Assembly (NCBI RefSeq): GCF_001194135.2
Contig: NC_069008.1
Span: 12,594,830-12,658,829, forward strand
Length of the DNA stretch: 64,000 nucleotides
Reading direction: 5' to 3'
Source of the DNA: Octopus bimaculoides
Taxonomy: Eukaryota
In this document: positions 1-10,948 of the stretch, piece by piece
Layout of the letters: every line of letters starts with the position of its first letter
How positions within the stretch are numbered: the first letter of the stretch is position 1
The notes under the pieces: model-generated
What the model was told of the DNA's origin: nothing
Database searches by the model: none
The model's input: only the letters and a program-made list of their open reading frames with translations
Translations under genes and position numbers: made by a program

Positions 1-183
1 CATACATGCGAAGAAATACATACATGACAACACACACACCTTCACTCACACATACACGTCTGTCAGCCAGCTGGCTTTGTATGTATATATATATACATGC
101 ATGCAAAAAAATACATGTATGACATCACACACACACACATATATATATATATAAATTCATATAACCACACACACACACATATA

Positions 184-472
184 TATCATCGTCGTTTAAC
201 GTCCGCTTTCCATGCTAGCATGGGTTGGACGATTTGACTGAGGACTGGTGAAACCAGATGGCTACACCAGGCTCCAATCTGATTTGGTAGAGTTTCTACA
301 GCTGGATGCCCTTCCTAACGCCGACTCCGAGAGTGTAGTGGGTGTTTTACGTGCCACCGGCACGAAGGCCAGTCAGGCGGTACTGGCAATGGCCACGCTC
401 AAAATGGTGTATTTTACATGCCACCTGCACAGGAGCCAGTCCATCGGCGCTGGCAATGATCTCGCTCGAATG
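184..472 (-). mobile_element. RTE-LINE 3' UTR fragment (or RTE-tailed SINE)
   Basis: (CAT)n tail plus conserved tail sequence; the same sequence follows RT-coding DNA at 39722-41065. Confidence 0.8.
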
Positions 473-728
473 TCATATATATATATATAAATTCATATAC
501 CCACACACACACAGACATATATAATATATGTGTGTGTCTATGTAGATATAGATATATATACAAGTTTCCAAACCTGTTGTCTCTCTGGAAAATCACTCCA
601 AGGCTTTGGGTGATCCAGGGTTAATAATGTAATAATATAGGGAACAGCTGCCTTATGCACCACACAGTGGAACTGAAACTCACACACATAGGTGGCAAGC
701 AAGCCTCTTCACCATAGACCCATGCCTG

Positions 729-762
<34 letters not shown>

Positions 763-1307
763 ACACACTATCATATAGATCTTGAAACTAGAGGGAAACA
801 GTTCAGTTGTACAGGTAAATGTCTAGTTCTACAGTTTATCTCTATAAGAAATATACAAAAATTTCCACTCTTGTATTTTCAGTAACCCTTGTACCTTATA
901 CTCTTGTTTTTCTACTATTTCAGAATAACAATCAGCATCGAAAAAGTTTTCTTGCATCTTAAACTCTCAAGGAAAATGTTATACAAATCTATACCAAATG
1001 ACAAGCAAATATTTTTTGTATACTGAGATTGATTGCAATAACTGTTTTCTTAACTGTCTGGAATGTAACCAACATGACTTTGCATTTGAGTTAAACTTGC
1101 ACAGATTTAAAAAGGAGTTTACAACTGAATCCATGTATTGACAGAAATCACAGAAGAAGAAATATTTATTAGGAATAAAATATAGAAATGTAAAGAAGAT
1201 ACACATCTCTATATTGCCATGAGAAAAGAAAAAGAATGCAAGATGGATGATGTGTGAATAAGTTTCAATATAAAACACAGTTTAAAAGAATTGATTTACA
1301 TAGTGAC

Positions 1308-2681
1308 ATGAATAAAGAGAAAAGGAAAAAATTATACCACTGTGATATTTGTGGGAAATTACTCTGTGACAGTCGTACATTAATAACACACAAATACATT
1401 CATACTGGAGAGAAACCATATAACTGTGATGTTTGCGGTAAATCATTTGTTCATCAGTCTAGCTTCAGAAGACACAAACGTATTATTCATAGAGGAGAGA
1501 AACCACATCACTGTGATATCTGTGGTAGATCATTCTCTCAAAATCAAAATCTAATTGAACACAAACGTGTTATTCATACTGGAGAGAGACCATATCACTG
1601 TGATATTTGTGGGAAATCTTACCCTCTCAATTATTACTTAAATAAACACAAATGTTTTCATACAGAACAGAAACCATTTTATTGTAATATCTGTGGTAAA
1701 TCATTCTCTGAAACTAGTTACTTAGCTAGACACAAACGTATTCATTCAGGAGAGAAACCACATCACTGTGATATCTGTGGTAGATCATTCTTACGAAATC
1801 AACATCTAACTAAACACATACGAAGTCATACAGGAGAGAAGCCATATCACTGTGACATCTGTGGTAAATCATTCTCTCAAAATCATCATCTAACTGAACA
1901 CAAACGTATTATTCATACAGGAGAGAGACCCTATCTCTGTGATGTTTGTGGGCATTCATTTTCCTTCAATCATTTCTTAACTAAACACAAACGTATTCAT
2001 ACAGAAGAGAAACCGTTTTATTGCAATATTTGTGCTAAATCATTCTCTGAAAATAGTGAACTTCTATCACACAAGCATATTTGCACAGGAAAGAAGCCAT
2101 ACCTCTGTGATATCTGTGGTAAATCATTCTCTCTTAATCATAACTTAACTCAACACAAACGTATACATACAGGTGAGAAGCTATATCATTGTGATATCTG
2201 TGGTAAATCATATTTTGATAATTATCACCTAACTGAACACAAACGAATTCATACAGGGGAGAAGCCATATCATTGTGATATTTGTGGTAAATCATTTACT
2301 GGAAGTGGTAACTTTGCGACACACAAACGTGTTCACACAGGAGTGAAACGTTATTGCTGTGATATTTGTGGTAAACCATTCTCTGAAAGCAGCAGCGTAA
2401 CAGTTCACAAGCGTATTCACACAGGAGAGAAACCTTATCGCTGTGAAATCTGTGGTAGATCATTCAATCAAAATCAGCATCTGATTGACCACAAACGTAC
2501 ACATACAGGAGAAAGACCATATTGCTGTAATATCTGCGGCAAGTCATTCCTTCGACGTGGTGAAGTAACTATTCACAAACTCATGCACACAGGAGAGAAA
2601 CCATATCATTGTGACATCTGTGGCAAATCTTTCTATGTAAAGAGCCGCTTGACTAAACACAAACATATTCACACGAGGTAG
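1308..2681 (+). CDS. C2H2 zinc-finger array protein ZNF-A (16 fingers, no effector domain)
   Basis: Uninterrupted ORF of CxxC-x12-HxxxH repeats with TGEKPY linkers. First in-frame ATG at 1308 in the agtgacATG context shared by paralogs (the track start at 1254 is a GTG). Polypyrimidine/ttcAG acceptor at 922-923. Ends TAG TAA. Confidence 0.92.
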   Translation: MNKEKRKKLYHCDICGKLLCDSRTLITHKYIHTGEKPYNCDVCGKSFVHQSSFRRHKRIIHRGEKPHHCDICGRSFSQNQNLIEHKRVIHTGERPYHCDICGKSYPLNYYLNKHKCFHTEQKPFYCNICGKSFSETSYLARHKRIHSGEKPHHCDICGRSFLRNQHLTKHIRSHTGEKPYHCDICGKSFSQNHHLTEHKRIIHTGERPYLCDVCGHSFSFNHFLTKHKRIHTEEKPFYCNICAKSFSENSELLSHKHICTGKKPYLCDICGKSFSLNHNLTQHKRIHTGEKLYHCDICGKSYFDNYHLTEHKRIHTGEKPYHCDICGKSFTGSGNFATHKRVHTGVKRYCCDICGKPFSESSSVTVHKRIHTGEKPYRCEICGRSFNQNQHLIDHKRTHTGERPYCCNICGKSFLRRGEVTIHKLMHTGEKPYHCDICGKSFYVKSRLTKHKHIHTR

Positions 2682-2877
2682 TAACCACATCACTGTGGTA
2701 AATTGTTCTCTTAATATATGATTGCTTAACAGAAATAAAGTCATACAAGAAAGAAGCTATATTCATACAAGGAGAAACCATATTAGCATATCTTTAGCAA
2801 ATCATTCTTTCGAAGGATTCATTTAATAAAACATGTAGGTATTCATATACTACAATAACTATGTCAATAATGGTTTA

Positions 2878-2883
2878 AATAAA
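2878..2883 (+). terminator. poly(A) signal of ZNF-A
   Basis: AATAAA in the aataaatgatgaatt context conserved at the 3' end of the paralogs. Confidence 0.55.
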
Positions 2884-2971
2884 TGATGAATTGATTTTGT
2901 TTTGTTTTTTAAGATAACTTTATTTCCATTTTTTGTCCAAATTCATTCTACTGCTTACTCTGAGTTACTTC

Positions 2972-3357
2972 TTTTAACTCTTTACTCTTTTACTTGTTTC
3001 AGTCATTTGACTGTGGCCATGCTGGAGCACCGCCTTTTAGTCAAGCTAATTGACCCCAGGACTTATTCTTTGTAAGCCTAGTACTTATTCTATCGGTCTC
3101 TTTAGCCGAACCGCTAAGTTACGGGGGATGCAAACACACCAGCATCGGTTGTCAAGCGATGTTGGGGGGACAAACACAGACACACAAACATATACGATGG
3201 GCTTCTTTCAGTTTCCGTCTACCAAATCCACTCACAAGGCTTTGGTCAGCTCGAGGCTATAGTAGAAGAGACTTGCCCAAGGTGCCACACAGTGGGACTG
3301 AACCCGGAACCATGTGGTTGGTAAGCAAGCTACTTACCACACAGCCACTCCTACGCC
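2972..3357 (-). mobile_element. tRNA-headed SINE, near full length
   Basis: Minus-strand A/B-box-like head (TGGCTGTGTGGTAAG...GGGTTCAGTCCC), CCTTGGGCAAGT body, central (CA)n and (GTAAAAGA)n-like tail. Further copies at 31.4, 50.6 and 52.2-52.9 kb. Confidence 0.85.
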
Positions 3358-3384
3358 TTTGGTTTTTTTTTATTGTATCTGTGT

Positions 3385-3590
3385 CAGCATGGAGAAATAA
3401 CTTGACAGAAGCCCTATGTTTTGTATCTGGCAGTTGCTGTACAATTTAGGGATAGATGAATGACTGATGAGAACCATCGAAGCCATGTACTGTGGTGTGT
3501 CTGTAAGGTGACAGTCAGTAATATGAATAGCAACGAATTCAGTGTGCAGGTAGGAGCTCACCAGGGCTCAGTACTCAGCCCCTTATTTAT
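3385..3590 (+). mobile_element. ancient RTE reverse-transcriptase relic downstream of ZNF-A
   Basis: Degenerate NEFSVQVGAHQGSVLSPLF RT motif. Homologs lie downstream of ZNF-C, D' and E. Confidence 0.7.
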
Positions 3591-4560
3591 CTTTTATTCC
3601 GAAAGTGTCAAAATCCAGCTCAAAATTTTCATGGCAAAGGCACCGAAATGACCATAATAACTTAGTCATATTTAAATGAGAATTTTGCTGCAAATTTCAA
3701 TACATTCATGAAAACGTGATTTCACCACGTAAACAATTCAGATACAGTAGCTGACATTATTTGGTGTGATATCTGACCTCTGTGAATTTTTGGAGATTTT
3801 TTTCAAAGATTGGAACAAAAGTCTGTGAACTGGTTCTCTTACAAATGTTTCTGAAGAGACTCCACCTAGCCACAGTCATTCCCAGGAGGCAAAACCTTAG
3901 ACTATCTATTTTTCCTCCTATCTTGTTTGAAGCAATCACTTCGTAAAATAATTGTTATGGAGAAATAATCCAATGGCAGATCGGAAACTTGCTGGCTATT
4001 GCATACAGAGACAGAAGGTAAATCAGTTTTCTATCTACCTGTGCACAGTCACATGTAGATAAAAATGGCACTTCATTTGTGAACCTCAATTGTAACAAGT
4101 ACATGAGAGATGGAGATCAGCTAAATCAGGTGAGCTATTACCAGGTTTACTAATTAGGAAATAAATGATGATGATACTTGATACAGTAAATATAAGTATT
4201 GTTAATGCATTTATACTGTATACCAAATCAGGAGAGGCTCAAAAGTGGTGCAACCATCTGCAGTTCCAAGCAGATGTGGCAACGCAATTGACAGCTGGTT
4301 TTCATTCCAAAATAAATAAACTGATGGGAGAAAAAGTAAAGCCTGCCAGAGGGACAGCCCTCTAACTTTAGCCGATATCCATAAATTAGAGAAAATCAAG
4401 AGTCATAACGGCAGTGTCATAAATGTCTTCATCAAAATTGGAAAGGTCTCAGTGGACAGGCTGTTGCAGCGGATTTCGAATGTGCATTCTGCAAACTTGC
4501 ATTATGTAGAGTGGGGTGCTTTACAAGGTACCATGATTGAAACATTGTGTGATGTATATA
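3590..4560 (+). mobile_element. piggyBac-like transposase relic
   Basis: IVNAFILY motif and C-terminal Cys-rich ECAFCKLALCRVGCFTRYH. The left end is homologous to a TTAACCCT-terminated end at 29690-29871. Confidence 0.65.
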
Positions 4561-4760
4561 TATATATATACATCATTTGATGTTATAAATCTTTATTTTT
4601 TTAAATTTACCTCGTTTTTATTATATATTTATCAGTAAGGTGAGTGACAAATTTTGATCAGTTTGCATTGTGAAACAAGAAAACTAGATGTATTCTATGA
4701 AAATGAAAAAAACACAAACTGAAACTGAAGCACACAAAAAAAAAAAAAAAGTAGAACATA

Positions 4761-4952
4761 ATGGTACAAATAACAATAACAAAAAACAATAACACTCCAT
4801 TACCTACACATAATAATTGTGATTGTAGAGACCCTAACACATGGAAGTTAGACAGAGATTGTGAAAGAAAGAATGTAGTATACCAAGCAACAATCATAAC
4901 ACAGGATTTTTCAAAATATCATTATATCGGATCAACACAAAGTTGTTACTGA
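4761..4952 (+). mobile_element. Penelope-like GIY-YIG endonuclease fragment
   Basis: CDCR...DC..KNVVYQA...HYIG pattern in the 63-aa ORF. Confidence 0.55.
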
Positions 4953-5265
4953 ATGGCACAAGGAATATTCTAGTGAAGCTGAACATCTTATCTGGCCACC
5001 AACAGTCTCCAGATCTCAATATTATTGAACATTTACGGTGCATTTTAGAAAAACAAGTAAGGAGTTGATATCCTCCACCATCATCACTACAAGAACTAGA
5101 GACTGAAGAATGGACAAAAATTCCTTTGGAAACAATTCTAACTTTGTACAAGTCCATACCTCGTAGAATTCAAGCTGTAATTACTGCCAAAGGTGGTCCT
5201 ACCCCATAGTAAAATAAGTTTGTTTGAAATTTTAAGGCGTTTCCATCATTTTGTCCAACCCCTGT
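4950..5265 (+). mobile_element. Tc1-like transposon 3' end
   Basis: Frameshifted WPPQSPDLNIIEHL motif, IQAVITAKGGPT C-terminus, and a TIR-like end ttttgtccaacccctgTA. Confidence 0.75.
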
Positions 5266-5414
5266 ATGTATGTATGTATATATATATAATATATATAAAT
5301 TTAAATAATAAGGGTGAAAAATTGAATATTAATTTGAGTAATATCAATTTAAAACCAGTGGCCTAGCAAATAGAAAAATCTGAAGATTCAGAAAAATTAT
5401 GTTACATATATATA

Positions 5415-5604
5415 AGAGGGATGACCACTAAATGGACATCCCTTTTGCTAGAAGAAGACCACCTACGAAAAGATTGTTCTCAAGAAAATTCAGCAAACAC
5501 CAGCTGTTTGCTGAATTTTCTTCAGAACAATCTTTTCTCAGTGGTCAGACCGTAGGTGGTATTCTTCTAGCAAAAGGGATGTCCACTTGGTGGTCATCCC
5601 TCTT
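5415..5604. mobile_element. MITE with ~50 bp terminal inverted repeats in TA context
   Basis: agagggatgaccactaaatggacatcccttttgctagaagaagaccacctacg is mirrored at 5551-5604. Confidence 0.75.
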
Positions 5605-5905
5605 ATATGTATGTAATATATATGTGTGTGTGTGTTTGTTTGTCTATGTAGCCTGTGCCCCTCCACTGCCAGTATATAGTGTATCTGCCTATATACACAC
5701 ACATTAGAATATTCGGACTTACACTTATAGGTGTGTACCTGCGTAATTATATGTATAAGAATACCTATATGTGTATAAGTGTAGGTACCTCCTTTTAATT
5801 ATATGCATATAGGTGTATGTATACGTATGTGCAGGGGTATATGTATATATGAGTACACATGTGAATCTATGTATTTATTTATGTATATGCACGTATATAA
5901 TCAGA

Positions 5906-6091
5906 GGTAATTTTTCAGATTAACACCCGCACGAATACCTGAACCTAACCCTAATCCTAACCGTAACCCTAACACTAACCCTAAACCCTAACCCTTACCC
6001 TAACCCTTACCCTAACCCTGACGCTAAAACCGTAACCCTTACCCTAACACCCTAGTGAAAATCGTGCGGGTGTTAATCTGAAAAAATTACC
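5906..6091. mobile_element. TIR element enclosing degenerate (CCCTAA)n
   Basis: ~30 bp TIR ggtaatttttcagattaacacccgcacga (one indel) around ~120 bp of telomere-like hexamers. Confidence 0.75.
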
Positions 6092-6630
6092 AAATTTATT
6101 GCTTGTGTTTCTCACCCCCAATCTGGTTATCGTGGATAATCTACATATTTCATTGGCATTCAAATGCAACTAAACTTTCACAACACAACTTACAGTACCG
6201 ACATGGAGAAAACGAAACGTACTACAATCTCTGTACGTTGCCACTTTGTGTCCTCATTCTTACTTTTGAGAATCACATTTCAAGTGAGAATCATACTTCG
6301 TTTGTATTTTGTGCTCATTTAAAGCTAGATCCCTACTTCATTCTTGTTCAGAAACATATTCAGAATCAAATTACATTGTATCTTTCTACATTGTTCTGCG
6401 ACCGTCAGACATTACAGTTGGAGAAATTTACAGAATTACATTATTGTTTTGATTTGAAATAAAATTTAAACAATTCTAGTATATTTAACAACGACGTTTC
6501 ACATATTTCAAGTAAAGTTTTTTTTTTTTTAGAAATAATACTTATGTATTTTTCTAGGATCATATAAGCAAAAGTGAGTACATTTCGCCACCTCTTTCCG
6601 AGTCTATTTTTATAATTTCCTTTATGAAAG

Positions 6631-6719
6631 GTCACTTAGTGTTGAATGGTGTCATGAAATTGTCATTTTGTGTAATTCCTGATATTTCACAAGAAACACA
6701 GATTTTTGTAGCATAACAG
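6631..6719 (+). other. putative non-coding internal exon of ZNF-B
   Basis: Ends in ACAG|GTAAGA. The same donor is present in the homologous blocks at 27085 and 57196. Acceptor choice less certain. Confidence 0.55.
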
Positions 6720-8992
6720 GTAAGATAAAATAATACAGATATTCTAGTAAAAGTAATCGGACATGAGTAATGTAAAATCTTTTGATGTTGCTTGTTACAT
6801 ATTAATTCTATTCTCCACTGCTTTGTCTAAAATCAATGATGAAACAGATTTAGACATAACTATTCGGGTGTGAAAACTAAGTATTTTAAAATAGAACTGT
6901 CATCAAAATACCTCTCAGATGATGTACATTACGACTTTATCAGGAATGTGTTGAAAGCAAATAAATAAGGTTGGTGATAATTCACGCAAAATCGAGAATT
7001 GTGAATTATCAGACATCAAATTCCCACATAATTGTAAATCTACTTTTTTCGGAAACCTGGTTGTAGGAAATTTTATTTAAAAATACTCAGTTTTCAGAAA
7101 GTTGTGAGGGAAACAAATCGAAACTCTTCTACAGTCTTCCGAAAAGCTTTTTTCACAATAGATTCTGATATTATAACACCAATCTGCACCATCTAATATA
7201 TCTCTGGAAAATTTCCGTATTCAGAAAATTATGAACACGCACATATGGTGGGGCACACATCTGTAAGTATGCCTATTGTTAATCAATAAGAAGATAAATC
7301 AACAAGCTTATTCTTCACCATTCTCTTAACTACGATCTGTGATTTTATAGAACTATAATGTCAAGTTAGTTACTGCCAATGGACGTGTAATAAAAGATAG
7401 ATAAACACATTCAATATTTATCTATTTGGATTTTCTTAATAAAGACAAGATATGACCTTAATCCCAGTCCTCTCATCACACGAAGCTCTTTGACACACCA
7501 TGCACCGATCATTTGTGAATTATAGTTATTAAATTTGAAAATATCTTTGAGTAAAAGTAAGTCAAGACTATCAGTAGAATAAGCTTGTTATTTGATAGGT
7601 TTCGGCCCGTACTATGATGGAAAATAGAATTACTATTGATGTTACTCTAGCACCATGAAATTTGGGGAATTATCAATGTTCGCCATAACTTTTACGTTTC
7701 TTTTACTTATTTCATCAGATTATGGTCATGCTGGGGCATCGTCATGAAGGGTTTTAGTCAAACCAATCAGCCCCAATACTTATTTATTTCGAAATATGGT
7801 ACTTAATCTCTCATTGTCTTTTCCTGAGCCGCTAATGTTACTGTGACGTAAACAATCCACCTTCGCATTATTTCTACCTCAAATTGTGAGAGGTGACGAC
7901 AAACACAAATGCACACACACATACACATTATATCACAAACTATGTTTTGTTTCATCATATAAAAGGGGGTTAATACGATTTTCCCCAGAAATCACGTTTT
8001 CAAAATTTTTAGTTTCCTCACCTAAATTTCTAATTTGTAATTTGAAAAATACAGATTACGAATCTGGAATATATATATTTAATTTTTCTGAAAGAAACAC
8101 TCAATGCCCCTTCCTTCACCTCGCTCACCCATCGCCCACGCCCACAAATTACAGAATAGAAAAATGTAATTTCAATTGGATTTGAGCTGTAATTTTGCGT
8201 GTGCACATAGCAAGAAATAACAATTCATACAGAGGTTTTACCTAGAGTGTGTGTGTGTGCCAAAGGGAGTTATTTTATGGTATTCTTTTGTTTGAAGCTG
8301 GAAAGTTTTTAATTTCTTTACGCTTTGAAGAAAGGAGAAAGTGAAAAGGTGACATTTGCTTTGAAGGGAGAGCAGAAAGTGAAAGATGTATGTACATGTA
8401 TATGAAATGTATGTGTATGAGAGAGAGAGAGAGAGTGAAGGTGTGTGTTGTTGTGTATGTATTTTTTGCATGTATGTGCGTCACTCACTCACTTTCTATC
8501 TCTCTCTCTCACATATACACACATTATCTTTCAAATACACATACATAAATACATATGCAGACATCTTTTTTGATGTGTGTGTGCATGTGAAAGGAGGAAA
8601 CTAAAACAGCAAGAGGGATGGAAAGTGAAGAACACTATGTTATTGTGAAAGAGCCTGGTGAGGAGTATTTAGATCACGTTTCCCCAGATAATGGAACAGC
8701 TTGTTGCATCACAGAAGAAATTATTACTTTTTTAATTGATTATTATGTGATGGCACTCCATTAAGCACCTGTAATTTAGGAGGAGTAATTAAGATAATTG
8801 AATTATACTTAAATAAACCACTTTAGTGGCTGATATGCTTGCTACATACAAATGAGCTTCCCCAGATAATGGAACAGCTCTCCAAGTAACCTTGTACCTC
8901 CTCTACAGCAATACATCTGTTTTTGTCTCTGTCTCTTTATTACCTTTCATCATCTGACACAAGATCACCCTGTCCAATGTTCTCTCTCCTCA

Positions 8993-9295
8993 AAGGATCG
9001 AGATCGTTGCCAGTGCCCCTGGACTGGCTCTTGTGCGGGTGGCACATAAAATACACCATTTTGAGCGTGGCCGTTGCCAGTACCGCCTGACTGGCCTTCA
9101 TGCGGGTGACACGTAAAAGCACCCACTACACTCTCTGAGTGGTTGGCGTTAGGAAGGGCATCCAGCTGTAGAAACTCTGCCAAATCAGATTGGAGCCTGG
9201 TGTTGCCATCCGGTTTCACCAGTCCTCAGTCAAATCATCCAACCCATGCTAGCCTGGAAAGCGGACGTTAAACGATGATGATGATGATGATGATG
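8993..9295 (+). mobile_element. RTE-LINE 3' UTR fragment
   Basis: Hairpin modules, conserved tail and (GAT)n. Confidence 0.8.
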
Positions 9296-9599
9296 AAGTT
9301 ACTTGGTGACCATGCTAGTGCTGATGTCATGTTAGAAGCATCCAGTCCACACTGTAAAACTGTGAAAACTTTACCAAAACTGACCTCGTTATGCTTGTGT
9401 CACGTAAAGAGCACTCAGTTCATTCTGCGAGGTGGTTGATATTAGGAAGGGCATCCAGCCATAAAAACCATGCCAAAACAGACACAGAAGTCTGGTGCAG
9501 GCTCCTGCTTGACCACCTCCTCTCAAACTGTCCAACCCATGCCAGCATGGTGATGCTCATATATGTATGTATATATATGTATATATATATATATCACAT

Positions 9600-9845
9600 G
9601 CTCAGACTATCAGATGTTGTTTACACATCACTGGTCACAATGTGTTTTGCATTGTTTTAGCGATCAACTGACTCCACCCTGCTCCCTAGGCCGAGCAGGC
9701 CAACATTTCCCCCTGTTCAAAAGTGGGACTGGAACAATGTGAAATGAAGTGTTTTGCTCAAGAACACAACACACCGCCCAATCAGGGAATTAAACCCATG
9801 ATCTAGCAATTATGAGTGCAACAGCCTGACCACTAGGTCACTTAT
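9600..9845 (-). mobile_element. degenerate tRNA-headed SINE
   Basis: Eroded A/B-box-like head at 9780-9840 and a GTGTTCTTGAGCAAAACAC body motif. Confidence 0.45.
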
Positions 9846-10948
9846 ATATGTGTGTGTGTGTATATATACATATATATATATATATGTGTGTGTATATATA
9901 CATATATATATNNNNNNNNNNTGCATCAAACTGTTTATACACCTGTCTTTGTCATTTGTTTTTCTGTAAATTTCAACTATATATATATATACATACACAT
10001 ACACACACACACACATATATATAGGCAGTATTTTGGTTGTAATCTTTCTTCGTTTATAAATGCCCATTTTTTAAACAATTAAATTTCATTTTATTTGCTT
10101 TACTTCATGTTTTCTATTATTGATGTTTCATTCATGTTGCATGACTTGCCAGCATTCTTCCCACATTCATGTCATATTCTCACACTATGTGTGAGTGTGT
10201 GTGTAAATACAGATATATACAACAGGTTTCCATTATATATATATATATATTATCATTCACAAGACTTGTGTTGACCTGGGACTATAGTGGAAGACATGTC
10301 CAAGATGCCACTCAGTGGAATTGAACTTGAGACTACATAGGTCTTCACAACTCACCCAATCCTATTCTATACATATATTCATTTATCTACACTATTATAT
10401 TATACATCTTCAAAAGAGGTAGAGTACAGTTCAGTTATTCAGGTAAATGTTTATTCCTACAGCTTAACTCTAAAAATATACTAGAATTTATCCAGTTGTA
10501 TTTTAAGTATTCCCTTTATCTTATACTGTTGTTTCTCTGGTATTTCAGGCATTGGCACCAAAGAATTCTATACATCGTCAATGTCTATCATCTTTTGGAG
10601 ACCGAAAGAAAATGTCAGACAGGAAAGCCATAACTCTCCTTATGTAAGTCTATGGCAACTTACAGGCAAATATATTTTGTAAACTGAGATTGATAGCAAT
10701 AATTCTTTTGTTGACTGTCTGGAATATGAACAAGATGACTTTGCATTTGAGTTAAAAAAGGACTTAACAACTTGTTCAAGATATTGACAAAAATCATAGT
10801 AATAGAAATATTTAATAGCAATAAAATATAAAAATGTAAAGAAGATAAATATCTCTATATTGTTATGAGAAAAGATAAACAATGGAAGTTGAATGTTGTG
10901 TGAATAAGTTTAAATATAAAACACAAAAGAATTGATTTGCCTAGTGAC

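Noticed and set aside
248-490. Recurrent ORF MKPDG.TRLQSDLAEFLQLDALPNANHSESVVGAF (also 8965, 16408, 18138, 58965, 59158)
   Set aside because: Antisense reading of the RTE 3' tail, starting at GTG/TTG; it recurs only because the repeat recurs.
1254-1307. N-terminal extensions from GTG/TTG starts given in the ORF track for the ZNF genes
   Set aside because: The extensions differ in length between paralogs; the shared feature is the agtga(c/t)ATG start.
5940-6055. True telomere or chromosome-fusion scar
   Set aside because: Short, degenerate, single orientation and enclosed by TIRs; better explained as mobile-element cargo.
8600-8890. Possible DNA-transposase fragment (EPGEEYLDHVSPDNGTA) with a duplicated cccagataatggaacagct
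   Set aside because: Too short and degraded to assign a superfamily or boundaries.
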